A stretch of 32,000 nucleotides of DNA from Zygophlyctis sp. KS116 (taxonomy: Eukaryota > Fungi > Chytridiomycota). Shown piece after piece: positions 1 to 13,700 of this stretch (its first letter is position 1; each line of letters starts with the position of its first letter). The DNA lies in contig BAAFSQ010000002.1 in the NCBI GenBank assembly GCA_054661495.1, forward strand, positions 30,001 to 62,000, written 5' to 3'. A model generated the notes under the pieces. That model saw only the letters and a list, made by a program, of their open reading frames with translations, did no database searches and was not told the DNA's origin. Made by a program: the position numbers and the translations under genes.

Positions 1-20
1 CTAGTGCTCTAGTGCTCTAG
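1..20. repeat. Short tandem repeat (CTAGTGCT) x2.5 at the window edge
   Basis: Directly visible. It may extend beyond the window. Confidence 0.6.
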
Positions 21-61
21 GGGATAAAATATAAATTTCAAGAAAGTAATATGTGTATTAG

Positions 62-2468
62 TTAACCCTGAGAGTCCAAAAGAAACTCTTGGTGCAATTT
101 TACTTGCGCAGCATATTCCTTTTCAAGCTTTTTTCTTTTAGATTTAGAAATTTCTATTCCTTCTCTGTCTTTAAGTGGAAGTCCCATAGAGTCCCATTCA
201 GAGTATTCACTGTTTTTAAACATTTCTAAAGGTTTAATAGATCCTTTTGCCAATCTTTCTTGTTTTTTAAGTAAATTTAGTCTTGCTCTTTCTTCTTTTT
301 CTAGTAATTTTTCCTTTTCACGCTTTGGAATAAGTAAAATAAAATTATACCTTTTCTTTTTCTTGTCTGGCTTCAAGTAGAATAGATGCATCAATAAGCT
401 TAATAAGAGCTTTTCCATCATCACGGTCTTCAAGTGAAATTCCAAGATCAACCATGTCAAAATCTCGAAGTTGATCACAAAGAATTAGAAATTCTCTAGG
501 ATCGGATTTAGATTGCGCTAAATTACGAACAGTGTCTCGGAATTTAGATAGAGCTGTTACAAAAGGAAGAATTGTTTCTTCTTTATTGACTCCAGATAAA
601 GTTGAACCAGATCCAATTAGAGGGTTCAAGTTTGGATATACTCCAAAGACTTGCATTAAATTTGTAATATATTCTGCAATTCCTTTTAATAAATCAGAAT
701 TAGGAATAGATTTGCTCTTATTCTTTTCTTGGTAATAGGTGTTGCATATAGAGATTAGATTCTTTATTTCAGTCATTACTACTGGAGTATTGAAGGAATC
801 ATAAAGGGCTTCATCAATAAGAATTTGTTTCTCCTGGAACCTAAATATTATTTAAAATAAAGTTTACAGCTTGTTGAGGGATTTTTCCTCTTTATGGAAA
901 TTATGATTTCCAGTAAAAACATAGGAAAGAGACTGTTCATGAATCAAGGCTTTTACCATTGACATGAAATTGTTCACAAAAGATTCAAAAGATTTTGCTT
1001 CATTCATAGAGGCAATACTGTAATCTAAAACAGAGTCCCATGAGTGTAATAAGAAAAATAAACGTATTTGGGACGCAGTATAAGAATTTAAAGCCTCCTA
1101 AAAAGTTAATATCTTTTAAATTACTTGAATAGTAATGAAATTCTTTAAACTTTTAGACATTTTTTGACCTTCAATATGTAAATGTCCTGCGTGCAAAAAA
1201 TAGTTTACCCACTGTTTACAATTAAAATATCCCTCGCATTGAGCGATTTCATTGTCATGATGAGGAAATGCCAAATCAATTCCACCTGAATGAATATCTA
1301 AACGTTCACCAAGCACATCACTAGCCATAACTGAGCATTCAATATGCCAACCAGGACGCCCATGGCCCCAGGGTGATTCCCATGCAGGCTCTCCTTGTTT
1401 TGATTTTTTCCATAAAGCAAAATCAGAACTTGTCTTTTTACCTTTAAGGTCTTTACTCAAATCTCCTTCACCTTCTTGAAGTAATTTTACGTTACCAGCC
1501 GACCAAGGCTCTAATTTCGCATAGTCATGACCTTCAGTCTTATCAAATTTAACAGTGTCAAAATAAACTGAACCATCAAATTCATAAGCATAACCATTTT
1601 GGATAATTTTGTCCACAAATTCTACTATTTCCGGAACGTATTCACTAACTCGCGTCAATACATTAGGTCTCTGTATATTCAAGTCATCCATATCCTTAAA
1701 ATATTCATTTTCCCAAAAAGCAGCAAAATCTCTAAAAATCTTTTGATCAGTGACTAAATGCCCCTTCTAAAATAATAAATAAATTTAAAAATTACCTCTA
1801 AATCTAGTAAAGGTGCCACAACATCCTTTACTTGATCTAACAGCCCTTCACCTACTCCTGAATCTGAATCTGAGCCTAACAACTCTTGCATTGCGCCTTT
1901 AGCCTTGACTGCAATCTTGATATAGAGTTCAAATTTAGGTTCGTCTGAAGCATCAATGACATTGCTTTCAACGGCTTTTAAAAATCCATCAAAATTCGTG
2001 CAGACATTCGAATAAAATCTTTGCAATTTTGACGATACATGATGACTCCATGCCTTTTCGATAAATTCCTTGATAGAATCATTCATTCCATTTTTCAATA
2101 AATCTTCCTTCCATGAATCAAACAAATACTTTTGACGGGCTTCCCTAATGATCTTTTCTTAATATTTATGGATTACCTTGTCATCAATATCTGTAATGTT
2201 CATGACATAATTCACATGAAAGCCAAAGTATTGAGTCATTATTCGACGCAGAATATCAAAGGTGATATATGCCCTTGCATGTCCCATGTGCGATTTATCA
2301 TAGACCGTTGGGCCACAGCAATACCAAGATACCTGATTGCCATGATCGGGGACAAAAACATCCTGCGGTTAAATCTCAAGTGCTTACTTTTGATCGGGTC
2401 AGGGAATTATATACTTTTAGACTGGGAGCTTTTGGGAGGGACGGAGGAATCCAAAGCGGTTGTCGCAT
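62..2468 (-). CDS. CARS1: Cytosolic cysteinyl-tRNA synthetase, ~748 aa, 6 introns (2387-2363, 2176-2153, 1795-1767, 1124-1098, 867-841, 350-323)
   Basis: The spliced translation has [15 protein letters not shown] (HIGH-type), [32 protein letters not shown] and KMSKS. Removing the GT-AG introns (24-29 nt) gives one continuous frame. Confidence 0.96.
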
Positions 2469-2530
2469 TAAATTTACTAAAAACTTTCTGGATAATTATA
2501 TAGCCGGGCGTGTGCAAACTTCTGTTTTAT

Positions 2531-5500
2531 CTATTCTGACGCAATATTGTCCATCTCTTCCACATCAACTTCCTCTTCATATGAGTCCTCAGTGGTTGGA
2601 CTTCTAATCATAAACAAAATTAATCTTACTCTAAAATTGGTGATTCTAAATTTGGAGATAGTCTGTCTGGAGATGTTTGAATTGCTGATGATACGCCGGC
2701 ATCTTGAGAAAATGCAAATCCAGTGTTTGCAATTGTGATGCCTTGATTTCCTAGGAATATGATGGATGATGATTGTTTTCCCATGGATTTTGGTTTAGAT
2801 ATTGTGAAAGTGCGCAGAAATCTGGTAGCCTTTCCAACGCCTTCTTTGATAATGCTAGAAACTGAAGGTTTTCTGGACCTAAGTGAAGAATCAGCGTTAA
2901 CATTGCAGTCTATGCTTTTGCACTGTTCGGCCTCTGATATAATATCAAATCCATCAGTAGCTGATGTACTGCATATTTTGTCAGATTCTTTGTCTAATTT
3001 CTCTCTTTCTAATTTCTTTGCATGTGTACGGGATGAAATTTTATCCTCGGATTTGGATCTAGGGGCAGTTTCTGTTTTCTTGCTAGATTTTAGGGGTCCT
3101 GTTTTGTATGATCTGAGAGATATTTCAGAGTCATCATCTTTTAAACCATCTTTAATAGAATCGTCGCATTTATATAAGCTTGACATTTCACTTCCTACCT
3201 TGAGCATGGAATCGTCTTCTCCTATTCGATTATTTTCTTCATAGTTACTTGTATTTTTTTTCTGTATCTCTTGTATAATATCCAAGTCTGTTGGCCATAA
3301 ATACTGCTGAATGAATTTGGCAGTTATCCTAGGAAGCAAACAAAGTATGACACAAAAAACAATCCCGAGATAATATGACGTATTGTTTAAAAATGTCACG
3401 GTGACTCCAAAAGTATCAGATTTTACATCAAATGAAAATCCTACCGCATATGCAACCCACATCATAATTGTGATGAAGTAGAATGCCCATGCAGTCACTG
3501 TCCATGACGAAAGTGCAAAAATGGCACTGGTATTGACCGCAAATATTACGGAATGAGCTAAAAAGGTTCCCATTGCGTCTTTATTTACTTCATATGCATT
3601 AGGATCAGTATTTGAATCATGGAATGTGAAATACATCACATAATAGCATATGATTGACTGATAAACTCCCTCCAAAATATGGCTCCAAAATTTGTCTGAT
3701 GTATATACAGTTTGCTGAATGCCTTTGAAATATATATTGGGAATGTTAATCGACACCTTTTCTGAAATGTCCTGATCAAAAATTCCCAAGTACATGGTCG
3801 GTAGAGCGGAAAAAAAGGTATTAAAATAGATACTGTATGTAAAGTCTGTAATGAATGAAGTCGAAAAACTAGCAGTTAATAATTTTAAGCAAATTTACCC
3901 ACAATCAAATTGATACCAAAACAATACAAATATCCATACTACATTTTTGTAAAAATAATTCAAGACCAGCTTGGCAGTTCGCAGATATGACCATCGCCCA
4001 TGTACAAGCAGAAGTCTAGTAAGAAATCGGAATTGAGCAATGGCATAGTCACTAGCCATGACCGCCTGTAAGCCTTCCTTTCCACTAATTCCAATCCCTA
4101 TATCGGCCTCTTGAATCATCGATACATCGTTTGATCCATCCCCAATTGAAAGACAAATAGCACCCTATACAATTATGAAGTCAATAATTACCAATCCCAC
4201 TCTGACCATCTGAACAACCTTTGCCTTCTGAAGAGGGCTCACTCGACAGCACATAACGGCTTTACATCGGCAAGAAAGTTCAAGCATCAATGCTTTACAT
4301 GATGGCTCAAGAGCATAACGAAGAGTATCACCTTCCAAAATCAATGCGAACGAATCATTTTGAACAGGAGTTCCATCAGGATGCCAAAACCGATCCAAAG
4401 CTTCCAAAAGCTGTTTTTCTGTTTCAAGTGGAGATGATGCTTTGAGTACAACCATATCCATGGTTTTTTTAAGAAGATTGCATGAGAACCCAATATTAAT
4501 TGCTGTTTCCATTTTATCGCCCTATTCATTATTCCTTTTTCTGACATTACAGTTAAGACCCATATTTTGATACCAGCCCGCGACAATTTGGCGATGCTTT
4601 CTGGAACTCCCTCCTGAAGTTTATCTTCAATCGCCGTTACTCCCACTAAATTTAATTCCCTTTCAATCATCTCAGCCGCTTTATCGATTTCTTTTTCTCT
4701 GTCTACAAGAGATTTTTGAGCTTTGGAGTGTATATCGGCCCAACTTTCGTACTCATGCGCTGGTATAATTCTATATGCTAAACATAGAGTCCGAAGTCCT
4801 AAAAATAAATCGAATTCCTAAATACCATCATTTGCAAATTCTTCAAGATGACATCTAGTAGTTTCCTCTAATGATAGATCAGTGTCATGCTTAAGTCTCT
4901 CTAATATTACACAATCAGCCCCTTTGCAAATTAAAATTATTTCACCCTCAGGCCTTTTTACAATTATACTCATTCTCTTTCTAAACGAATTGAATTCCAT
5001 AATTTTTAGCAGTTCGTACTTCCTATCTTCCCCAAAAATATTCACTGTAATAATATCTTTAACTCTGTCTAAAAAAGTGAAACCGACGTCCTTTGCCGCT
5101 AATACAAGAGCAGCTTCATCCGGTGATTGTGCCTTATATACAATCTTATGGGGATTATCTGCATTTGTTTTTTCTGTCAAAACTGTATGGCAAAGTGCCA
5201 AAAGAGTGAAAAATTCTCGTATTCGCAATGAATGGTGGTTATTTGCATGAATATCTTTATGAATCCTGGGATCAACAAAGGGCAGTTCTTCGGATATATA
5301 TATCGGATCGCAAATTTTAGAAAGCTCTTCTTTCATAGTTTGTTGATCAGAAATTCTTTCATTCTTGAAATCTTTACCATAAACTTTACCATAGATATAT
5401 CCATTGATGGAAACTCTTCGAAGTTCCATTTGATTACTGGTAAGAGTTCCAGTTTTATCAGAAAAAATATACTCGACTTGACCTATTTATCAGTAAATAA

Positions 5501-6969
5501 AGTGTACCCAAGTCGTCACACAATTTCCATGACTGACAAATAACTGGTGAATCTGTCGCCTCATCGTATGCCTGTAAATCACGAAGAATAAAATATGACT
5601 GAAAAGTTTTAGCAATGTCTATACTAATATATAATGCAATTGGAATGATGTTTTGAAATGCAATCATGGCACGAAAAAAAGTAATTAATGCAATCACAGC
5701 TGGAGACTTAAAATCACTTTTGGTTATACCCAAGTAAGGATCCTGCTCCTGTATATATACAACCTGATATATAGCTGCTGACATTGCACAAATAAAGCAC
5801 ATTGCCAATAGAATAACGAAATTTAAGATTACCTAACTTATTAAAAAATCGTAAAGTACTTGAGGATTAATTTGTCTATCAATTCTACTCCTTTTTGCTG
5901 GTGTATCACCTAAATTTTGCATAATTTTTGTATCTGATCCTGTACATAATACGATACCAATGATCCAATCAGTATTTCTAAGTGTACATCCTCTTAATAC
6001 CATAGACTCTGCAGTAATTGGAATAGAATTTTGCATTGACTTTGAAGGTTTTAGTGTAATAACTCCATTAAAAATATACAAATTTGGATGCGGTAATTCA
6101 CATTCAATTATACATTTCATTTTAGCGCATTGTTGTGGAGTCTTTATATGACTTAATTCTGGTAGCCCCTTCTTAACTTTTAAATTTGTTTCTCCATCCA
6201 AATCTTTTGTTTCTATAAAACATAAACTTTCAGCTTCACTTGTTGAAATTATCATCATGTCTGCTGGAACAGGATCATTATTTCTTAAGAACACAAAATC
6301 TCCTACTTTAATATTTTGCCATTCTATTTCTGTCCATTTAATATTAGAGTCTGATATTGCATAATTAAATGCTTTTGAAGAGCTTGGTGACATTTCATTT
6401 AAATCTAAATAATCTTGGACATCAATCTCTTTTCCTTTTTTAAAAGTCTTCTTTTTTGAATGATTATAGTTGGTATCATTATTTAGAGTATACGATATTG
6501 ATCTATTAACACGATTATCTGATTGGTGTCGCCTCAAGTCTTCAATGCCATCCTTTAAAGCAGTAACAAACACTATAAATATAATTGGTGCAGCCGATAC
6601 ACCTATACTTACTGTTGCAAACCAATCGAATACTTGTAGTATAACAAGAGATAAGAAATAAAAGTTTGCTATTCCTCTAAATTGTTCGTACAGATTTTTT
6701 GGGATAAAAGTTAGAAGCGAATATTTAGATGTTGTAATCATATTACTACTGAATGCTTGTTTCAAAAATCCCTTTGAGTCTGCAAACGGTGACTTGTGAG
6801 GCTGATGAATAAATATACGCCTCCTTGGATCATTATTTTCGGACACATTTGAAGATATTACAGAGGTGAGCGACGGCCATTTATAATTATTCGGAGATGA
6901 ATGATCTGGAGAAGTGCCATTATCAATCTTGTCCAGATTACTTCTACTTCCGGACCAATTGACTGGCAT
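2531..6969 (-). CDS. P4-ATPase phospholipid/glycolipid flippase (Dnf1/Dnf2/Apt1-like), ~1415 aa, 7 introns (5859-5833, 5507-5483, 4825-4799, 4550-4522, 4191-4165, 3898-3869, 2629-2604)
   Basis: Motifs include [10 protein letters not shown]4 [17 protein letters not shown] (phosphorylation site), [39 protein letters not shown] and C-terminal GFAFSQ. The last exon (2603-2531) is inferred from a GTAAG...TAG intron. Confidence 0.95.
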
Positions 6970-7018
6970 TTTAGAGTAAAATCGCGTTTTTTGGCGTTTT
7001 CAAAGCGCGTTTCGTCGA
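6970..7018. promoter_or_regulatory. 49-nt bidirectional promoter region with three GCGTTT repeats (two with a CGCG core)
   Basis: It lies between the divergent ATGs at 6969(-) and 7019(+). The stretch ATCGCGTTTTTTGGCGTTTTCAAAGCGCGTTTCGTCG is CpG-rich against an AT-rich background. Confidence 0.55.
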
Positions 7019-8284
7019 ATGGCATTTTGGCTCTGCATTATTGGAGTGCTGAGCTGGATTTTCACATATTCATCTGTAATTATTGGAACATGGCATGTGT
7101 AATTTTATGTCGTTTATTTTAGAACATGCTCGGTTCCCATCATTTACCCAAAAAGGCCAAAAAAGGCTAAAAAATCTAAAAAGTTGTCTGATAAGTCCAG
7201 TGGAGTGACACTCATTAAACCGCTAAAAGGAATTGAAGTTTCTTTTGAAGAAAACTTAAAATGTTGCTTTAATCAAAATCATGACTTGTTTGAAATTATA
7301 TTCTGTGTTGCTGATAAGGATGATGAAGCAATTCCGATTGTAGAAAAACTCATAAAACAATATCCAAATGTTGATGCCCGTCTGTTTTGTGGTAAACATA
7401 GAATTTAAATAATGAAAATAGGTGGGTCAAATGTAGGGGTCAATCCAAAAGTTAATAATGTATTGCAGGCATATACTGAAGCTAAATATGATCTTATTTG
7501 GATTATAGATTCAAATGTTCAAGTAGATTCGGAAGTAATGACTAGGACGGCAGCAGTGTTTAATTATCCTGAAATTGGACTAGTTCATCATTTACCAGTT
7601 GGAATAGATCCAAAAACATTTGGATCCGCTCTAGAAGCATGTTATTTAAATTTAAATCATGCAAAAGTCTATACATTTTTAAATTATTTAAGTATAGCAT
7701 CATGTATAAATGGAAAATCAAACATGTATAGAAAAACAGATCTTGAAGCTATAGGAGGATTAGCACAATTTGGAAAATATTTAGCAGAAGATAATGTAAT
7801 TGGACAATCTATTTTACGCCATGGACTTCAACATGCAATGACTGCAGATTTAGCAAAACAGCCACTTGGAAGTTTATCAGTTAAAGAATTCATTAAAAGA
7901 AGGATTCGATGGATTCGTGTTCGAAAGTATATAGCAACTGCTGGTACTTTATATGAACCATGGGCAGAATGTTTTTTAAGTGGAATTGCCGGTGGTGCAT
8001 GTTTTCAATATTTATTTGGAATTCCTACACTTTTATTTTTTTGTATACATGTCTTTATATGGTTTATTTGTGATATAATGGTAATGTATTCTCTAGAACC
8101 AAAATTTTTATCATCATTTGGACTGTATGTATCATCATGGATAGTTAAAGAAACTTTTGCACTTCCCTTATGGATTGCAGCAATGGTTGGAACAAGAGTA
8201 GAATGGAGAGGACAACAATATTCATTAAAATCGGACGGGACAGTCTCTTCAGATCATGCACAAGGTGGGATTAAACTAGCCTAA
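7019..8284 (+). CDS. UGCG: Ceramide glucosyltransferase (glucosylceramide synthase, GT21), ~403 aa, 2 introns (7099-7122, 7392-7421)
   Basis: It has an N-terminal TM segment, GVTLIKPLKG, NPKVNN, WIIDS, GKSNMYRK, YLAED, RRIRWIRVRK (R/QxxRW motif) and C-terminal VEWRG. Confidence 0.93.
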
Positions 8285-8329
8285 ACTTTGGCATCTTCCT
8301 TTTACAAGTTTAGGCCAGCATTCGATACA

Positions 8330-9684
8330 ATGTTTAGAAAAAGATTAAATGTGAGTTATAGTGAGCCGCCTGCCTTTGTTGTTGATGATGCCGTTGAGAA
8401 AAGTCCGGAAAGTCCCAAAGTTGACACAGGCTCTCGATGGGCAAATTGGTGGATTCGGTTTTTTTGGTAATTCAAATCGCTAACTTTAGGACATTTGTAA
8501 TGATTGGATTATTTGTTGTCATTGTGCTTTCCGGTCATGCATATGTGATCGCTGCTATTCTGATCATTGTCACAATGGCTTATCGTGAAATAATTCTGAT
8601 TGGCTTGTTGCCGATAAAAGAACTTAAAGTCCTTCCTTGGTTTAGAAGCTTGCATTGGTTCTTTTATGGTGTGACTCTCTATTTTCTTTACATTGGAACT
8701 CTGATTCATTATTGTAAACCATCGCCGTTTGTTGGGAAATTCTTGATGCCGTTTGTTGTTCATCATGAAATGTTGTCGTTTTTATTATATATGGGTGGGT
8801 TTGTTACTTTTGTGATGAATCTTAAAAAGGGATTTTATCGCTTTCAGTTCTATCAGTAATTAATTTTTATTCTAAATTTGTAGCTTTTGCTGGACACATA
8901 TGACTCTTTTATTCATTTTAGGTTGTTCCAATTTTATAATTTATAATGTTTTTGAAGGTATATTATCTTCTAAATTGATAAATCAGGGCTTATATGGTTT
9001 ATTCTTCCTGCTTCTTTAGTCGTATGTAATGATATGACTGCTTATTTCTTTGGATTCTTTTTTGGTCGTACACAATTGATTAGTCTAAGTCCAAAAAAGA
9101 CTTGGGAAGGTTTTTTAGGGGCTTTTGTCTCTACTTTTATCTTTGCATTTGTGTTTTCTGGGGTATTGGCAAAGTTTCCTTATATGACTTGTCCATTGGT
9201 GAATCTTTCTACAAATGCATTTTCTCAAGTTTCTTGCTCTCCAAATTGGGTTTTTATTCCTAGAACTATTGATGTTGGATCAAATGCACTAAATATCATT
9301 AGAAGATTTCTACCTAGCTCTCAATTCACAACTATATCATATCTTCCAGTGCAGCTACATGCTTTAGTTTTGGCTGCTTTTGCTTCATTATTAGCGCCTT
9401 TTGGTGGTTTCTTTGCGTCTGGTTTCAAAAGAGCATTCAAAATGAAGGATTTTGCAGATTCAATTCCTGGTCATGGAGGTTTTACTGATAGGATGGATTG
9501 CCAGGTATTATTTTATAATCTTATTCTTTAGTTTTTGATGGGTGTATTCTCCTATATTTATTTCCACTCTTTTATTGGCATTGGTGGAGTTTCAATGCAA
9601 AGTGTATTTGATGCTTTTTCTCGACTTGACACTCAGGATCAACTAGAACTATATCATAAATTAGGTGTATATCTTGGACAGTAA
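8330..9684 (+). CDS. CDS1: Phosphatidate cytidylyltransferase (CDP-diacylglycerol synthase), ~415 aa, 4 introns (8467-8489, 8856-8883, 8958-8986, 9505-9531)
   Basis: Signature motifs [29 protein letters not shown] and [14 protein letters not shown], plus multiple TM segments. Confidence 0.95.
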
Positions 9685-9714
9685 TGGAAAAATGGAATTC
9701 AAAGTAATTTGCAA

Positions 9715-10629
9715 TCATAATTTTTTATTTTTGAATAAGTCTCTGAGTTTCTTTTCTTCATCAAGGATTAATTTATTTAATTCCACTTCTACATATTTTT
9801 CCTCGGAACCATCTTGTCTTGATTGAGTAATTTGTGGCATATAAAAATCTATAGCTGGGCCATACTCTGGCGTGACTGTATATACTTTCCTATTACCACT
9901 TGTCCAAACAGCTTTCCAAACTTGCTCATGATATTCAGTAAATCCTTTAATACTCTCTGATCTTGGATTGCCTACTTGTGGTGCTTCATGAGTTCCTATC
10001 CTTGCATGAATATGATCAACTCTGGAAAAAAGAGGATCCAACAATTCCAAAGGAATCAATCGTTCAGACACAACGTTCCAATGACTTATATCTAGCGTTA
10101 TCCTTAAATCCTTAAACTTTTCAATCATCCTCAAGCATACCCACGGCGATCCCAGTATTCTTCCTCGATGTGTTTCATGTGAAATTGAAATTGTTGATTT
10201 TCTCCCTTCCTCTAAAACGATTTCAAGGCATTCAATTGCTTGAGATTCTGTAAATGAATCGCATCCAGTGTGACAATTTATATGAATCGGCAACTGATTA
10301 CTTTTCAACGATTTGATAATTGATATTTGATCTCTAAACTGATTAATATGATCTGCAACAGACGCCCTCTTCCATTTTCCAAATTCATAATCAGTCCAGC
10401 CAGTGTACAGTCTACCAATTAAACTCTAAACTTACCCACAAATCCATTCTAGTCCATTCTTCTCCATCAGATCGCAGAATCTCTGGAATTGCATGGGATC
10501 ATTTGGAAGACCAACGTCTGCTAACGATGCTTCGATCCCATCAAATCCATTTGCCTTGATCGTTGTAAATTCAATCTCCCAATCTAAACTAGACATTCCC
10601 CACAATGATCTAAATGTTAACAGCGACAT
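9715..10629 (-). CDS. Xylose-isomerase-like TIM-barrel protein (sugar phosphate isomerase/epimerase, AP_endonuc_2-type), ~296 aa, 1 intron (10435-10412)
   Basis: It has FRSLWGM at the start, GFDGIE, HETHRGR, ITLDISHW, HIHARIG and TPEYGP, which form the metal-ligand pattern of this family. The substrate is unknown. Confidence 0.75.
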
Positions 10630-10738
10630 ATTTGAAATCAGAACCTCAAACGCATTGGCAAAGTAAATCTATAATTAAGAGGTTGATATAAAATCATGAT
10701 AACCGGACAAATCCAATTATTCTTAATCTATTCTTTTT

Positions 10739-13700
10739 CTATCTAGACTTTGATTCAGCTATTCGGACTAAAAGTTGTTGAATTTCAGGATCCAATTCTG
10801 ATACTAGGCGAGCAAACCATGCATCTTCCTGTTCAATAGGCTTCTTGATTAAATCCCATGGATGTCCATATTCTACAACCTGTCCCTTTTCTAGTACAAG
10901 AATTTTGTCATAGTCTATAATCGTGTTTAAACGATGTGCAATTGTTAGTACTGTGGATTTTGCAAAGATTCCTACTTGTTCATCTCTAATGGCTTTTTGA
11001 ATGCATGCATCAGTCTTAATATCAACATTAGATGTTGCCTCATCCATTATAATAACCTTTGAATTTCTCAAGATTGCTCGGGCTAAACAAATTAATTGTC
11101 GTTCTCCAACAGACCAATTTGATCCATTTTCTTCTACTAATGCATCCAATTTTCCTGGAAGTCTCGAAACTAGATTTTGAAGTTCAACCAAGGATAAAGC
11201 TTTCCACAAATCATTATCAGAATAAACCTGAAAGGGATCTAAATTGAATCTAAGAGTTCCCTTGAAACAAAAAGGCTCTTGGGGAATTATAGATAAACGA
11301 GTTCGTAAATCTAGCAATCCAAGCGATGATGTATCTAAATCATCAATAACTATGCAGCCTCTAGGATGTGGCTCTACAAGGCGGAATATGGCCTGTAATA
11401 GAGAGCTTTTTCCTGCTCCAGTTCTTCCAACAACTCCAATTTTTTCTCCTCCATGAATACTGACATTTATGTTTCGAAGTACTGGCTCTTCAGTTCTGGG
11501 ATATGTGAGACTCATATCTTTAATTGTAATATTCCCTGCTGCTGGCCAGTTGGGTGGAGGGACAATATTTGTAACTTCTGGAGCCTCTGGTGTAAGCTGG
11601 ATATATTCTTGCATTCTTTCCGCGGCAACCATTTGGTTTTCAACTTCTGCACTCTGTCTAACACACCACTGTACCAGTCCTATATTTTCCAAAAGATAAG
11701 ATAGCACCAACCCAATCAAACCTCCATTAAGTCCAACTTGGCTACTAAGAGTTACACAGATAGGTGTCACAATGAGCAAAAGAGAAAATGCGAGACAATC
11801 CAAACGGAATCCAAGCCATCGAGAAGAAGTCAGGAAGCAGAAAAATATTCTTGAGTTTTCGTCTTGTAAATTAAATAATTCATGTGCAAATCGTTTTTCT
11901 GCATTGAATGCCCGGATTACACTTAATCCCTCCATTGTCGATGGTATAGCAGAGTAACTATAATAAGATTGATAGACCGCTTACATTGGGGATCGAGTGA
12001 TACTTTCTAATCGTTTTATTTGCCGAGAAGTCGCCACGTAATATCGCCGCAAATAAAAGAATACGATAAATAGAGGAGGAAGAGCAATCAAGAAATACGG
12101 AAATACATAAATTGTAATAACAATAGATCCCAAAATCATCAAGACACACTGGAAAAAATCAAACATAGTAGCAGGTATGGTTTCATCGACCAAGTTCATA
12201 TCTTTAGAAAATCGACTATTGTAAGAGATATTAAATATTTACTTCATTATCCGACCATGAGGATTTATATGAAAAAAATCAATCGGAGCTCTAAAAACCG
12301 AAGTGAGCATTTTTGAGAAAAAAAGACGCCCAGAATTGATGCAATTCGAATAAAACCAAAGTGCTCTAATAACAGCAAAAATAACTGCTACTACAACAAT
12401 ACCTACATATATGGATACATTTCTATCCCTATTTTCAAACTGGATCTGTTCAGACAGTTGACTTATTGCCCCCAGCCAATACACAGCTGCTAATAATAGT
12501 CCTTGAGCAAGAATTAATAGTATAAATAAAAAAATCAGCATATAGTATGGTGAATCTGACTTTAAATACTCGACGTATACAGAAAGCGTAACAGCACCCT
12601 TACGGGATATTTCTTCTGAGATGTTATTGACATTGGTCGTAGCCTTGAGATCTTCATCATTAACCATATTTTCTTCTGGGATTTCATATTCACTGGTTTT
12701 AGAGACATGATTGAATTTGTCCGGATCAGTAGCAAAGTCTTTCATTATTCCTGCAAAATCAGAATTTTCAATTTCCATAACGACTTCATACGGGCCAAGA
12801 CCCTTTAGTTCACCATTTTCTATTAAAGCCACTATATCACAATTCTTGACATATTGAAGCTGATGACTGACTAATAGAATGCATTTGCTTTTTAGAATGC
12901 CTTTAATGCAATTGTTGAAAATAAATCGCCCGACTTTAGCATCAACTGCTGAAAGTGGATCATCAAGTAAATAAATATCTGCATCACAGTATACTGCCCT
13001 GGCCAGTGCAATTCTTGCCCTTTGTCCTCCACTTAAAGTTACCCCCCTTTCTCCAACAATCGTGTTTTCACGGTCAGGCATTTGTTCAAGATCTTCTTCC
13101 AGTGCACAATTCTTAATGACTAATTCAAACCATTCCTGTTTAAATTCCTTGCCAAACAGAATATTCTCCTTTATAGATCCTGAAAGTATCCATGGAGATT
13201 GACCTACATACCCAATCTGTTTAGTTCTAACAAAAACACTTCCTTTTTCCGGCTCTAATTCTCCCAAGATAGCATTAATAAGAGAAGATTTCCCAGCTCC
13301 AACCATTCCACAAACTCCTAAAAGCTGTCCAGATTTTAAATCCAGAGACACATTTTTCAAAACATATTGACTAGTATTAATATCAGTCATTTCATGATTT
13401 CCAGATTGTAAATTTGTAGATTCAAACATTGATTTTGATTTTAAATTCCATGTAAAGCAAGCATCCTTTATTGAAATCATAATTTTTTGATTATTGATTG
13501 ACATATCATCCAAAACTTTTTCAAAAGCCTTAAAATCACGATTTTCACAAACATTCTTCATTCTTAAAAAAGATTCAATCCTACGAATAGAAACCAAAGA
13601 CTCTGCTAAACATTGTATAGCTTTTGGAAAGAATAGAGTCATATCCAACCTAACTGTTTGTAACAATACAATCGTCACAAAAACCTTTTGAGGAGTAAGA

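Noticed and set aside
1-20. Telomeric repeat
   Set aside because: There are only 2.5 units, the unit is not a recognisable telomere motif, and a housekeeping gene ends about 40 nt away.
2132-3244. Antisense and alternative-frame ORFs (e.g. 2132-2503, 2269-2607, 2759-3244, and similar ones at 4882, 11244, 15778, 22013, 31193)
   Set aside because: They are shadows of well-supported genes on the opposite strand and have no recognisable motifs.
7148-7183. 9-nt periodic A-rich repeat
   Set aside because: It simply encodes the basic PKRPKKAKKSKK linker after the GlcCer synthase TM segment.
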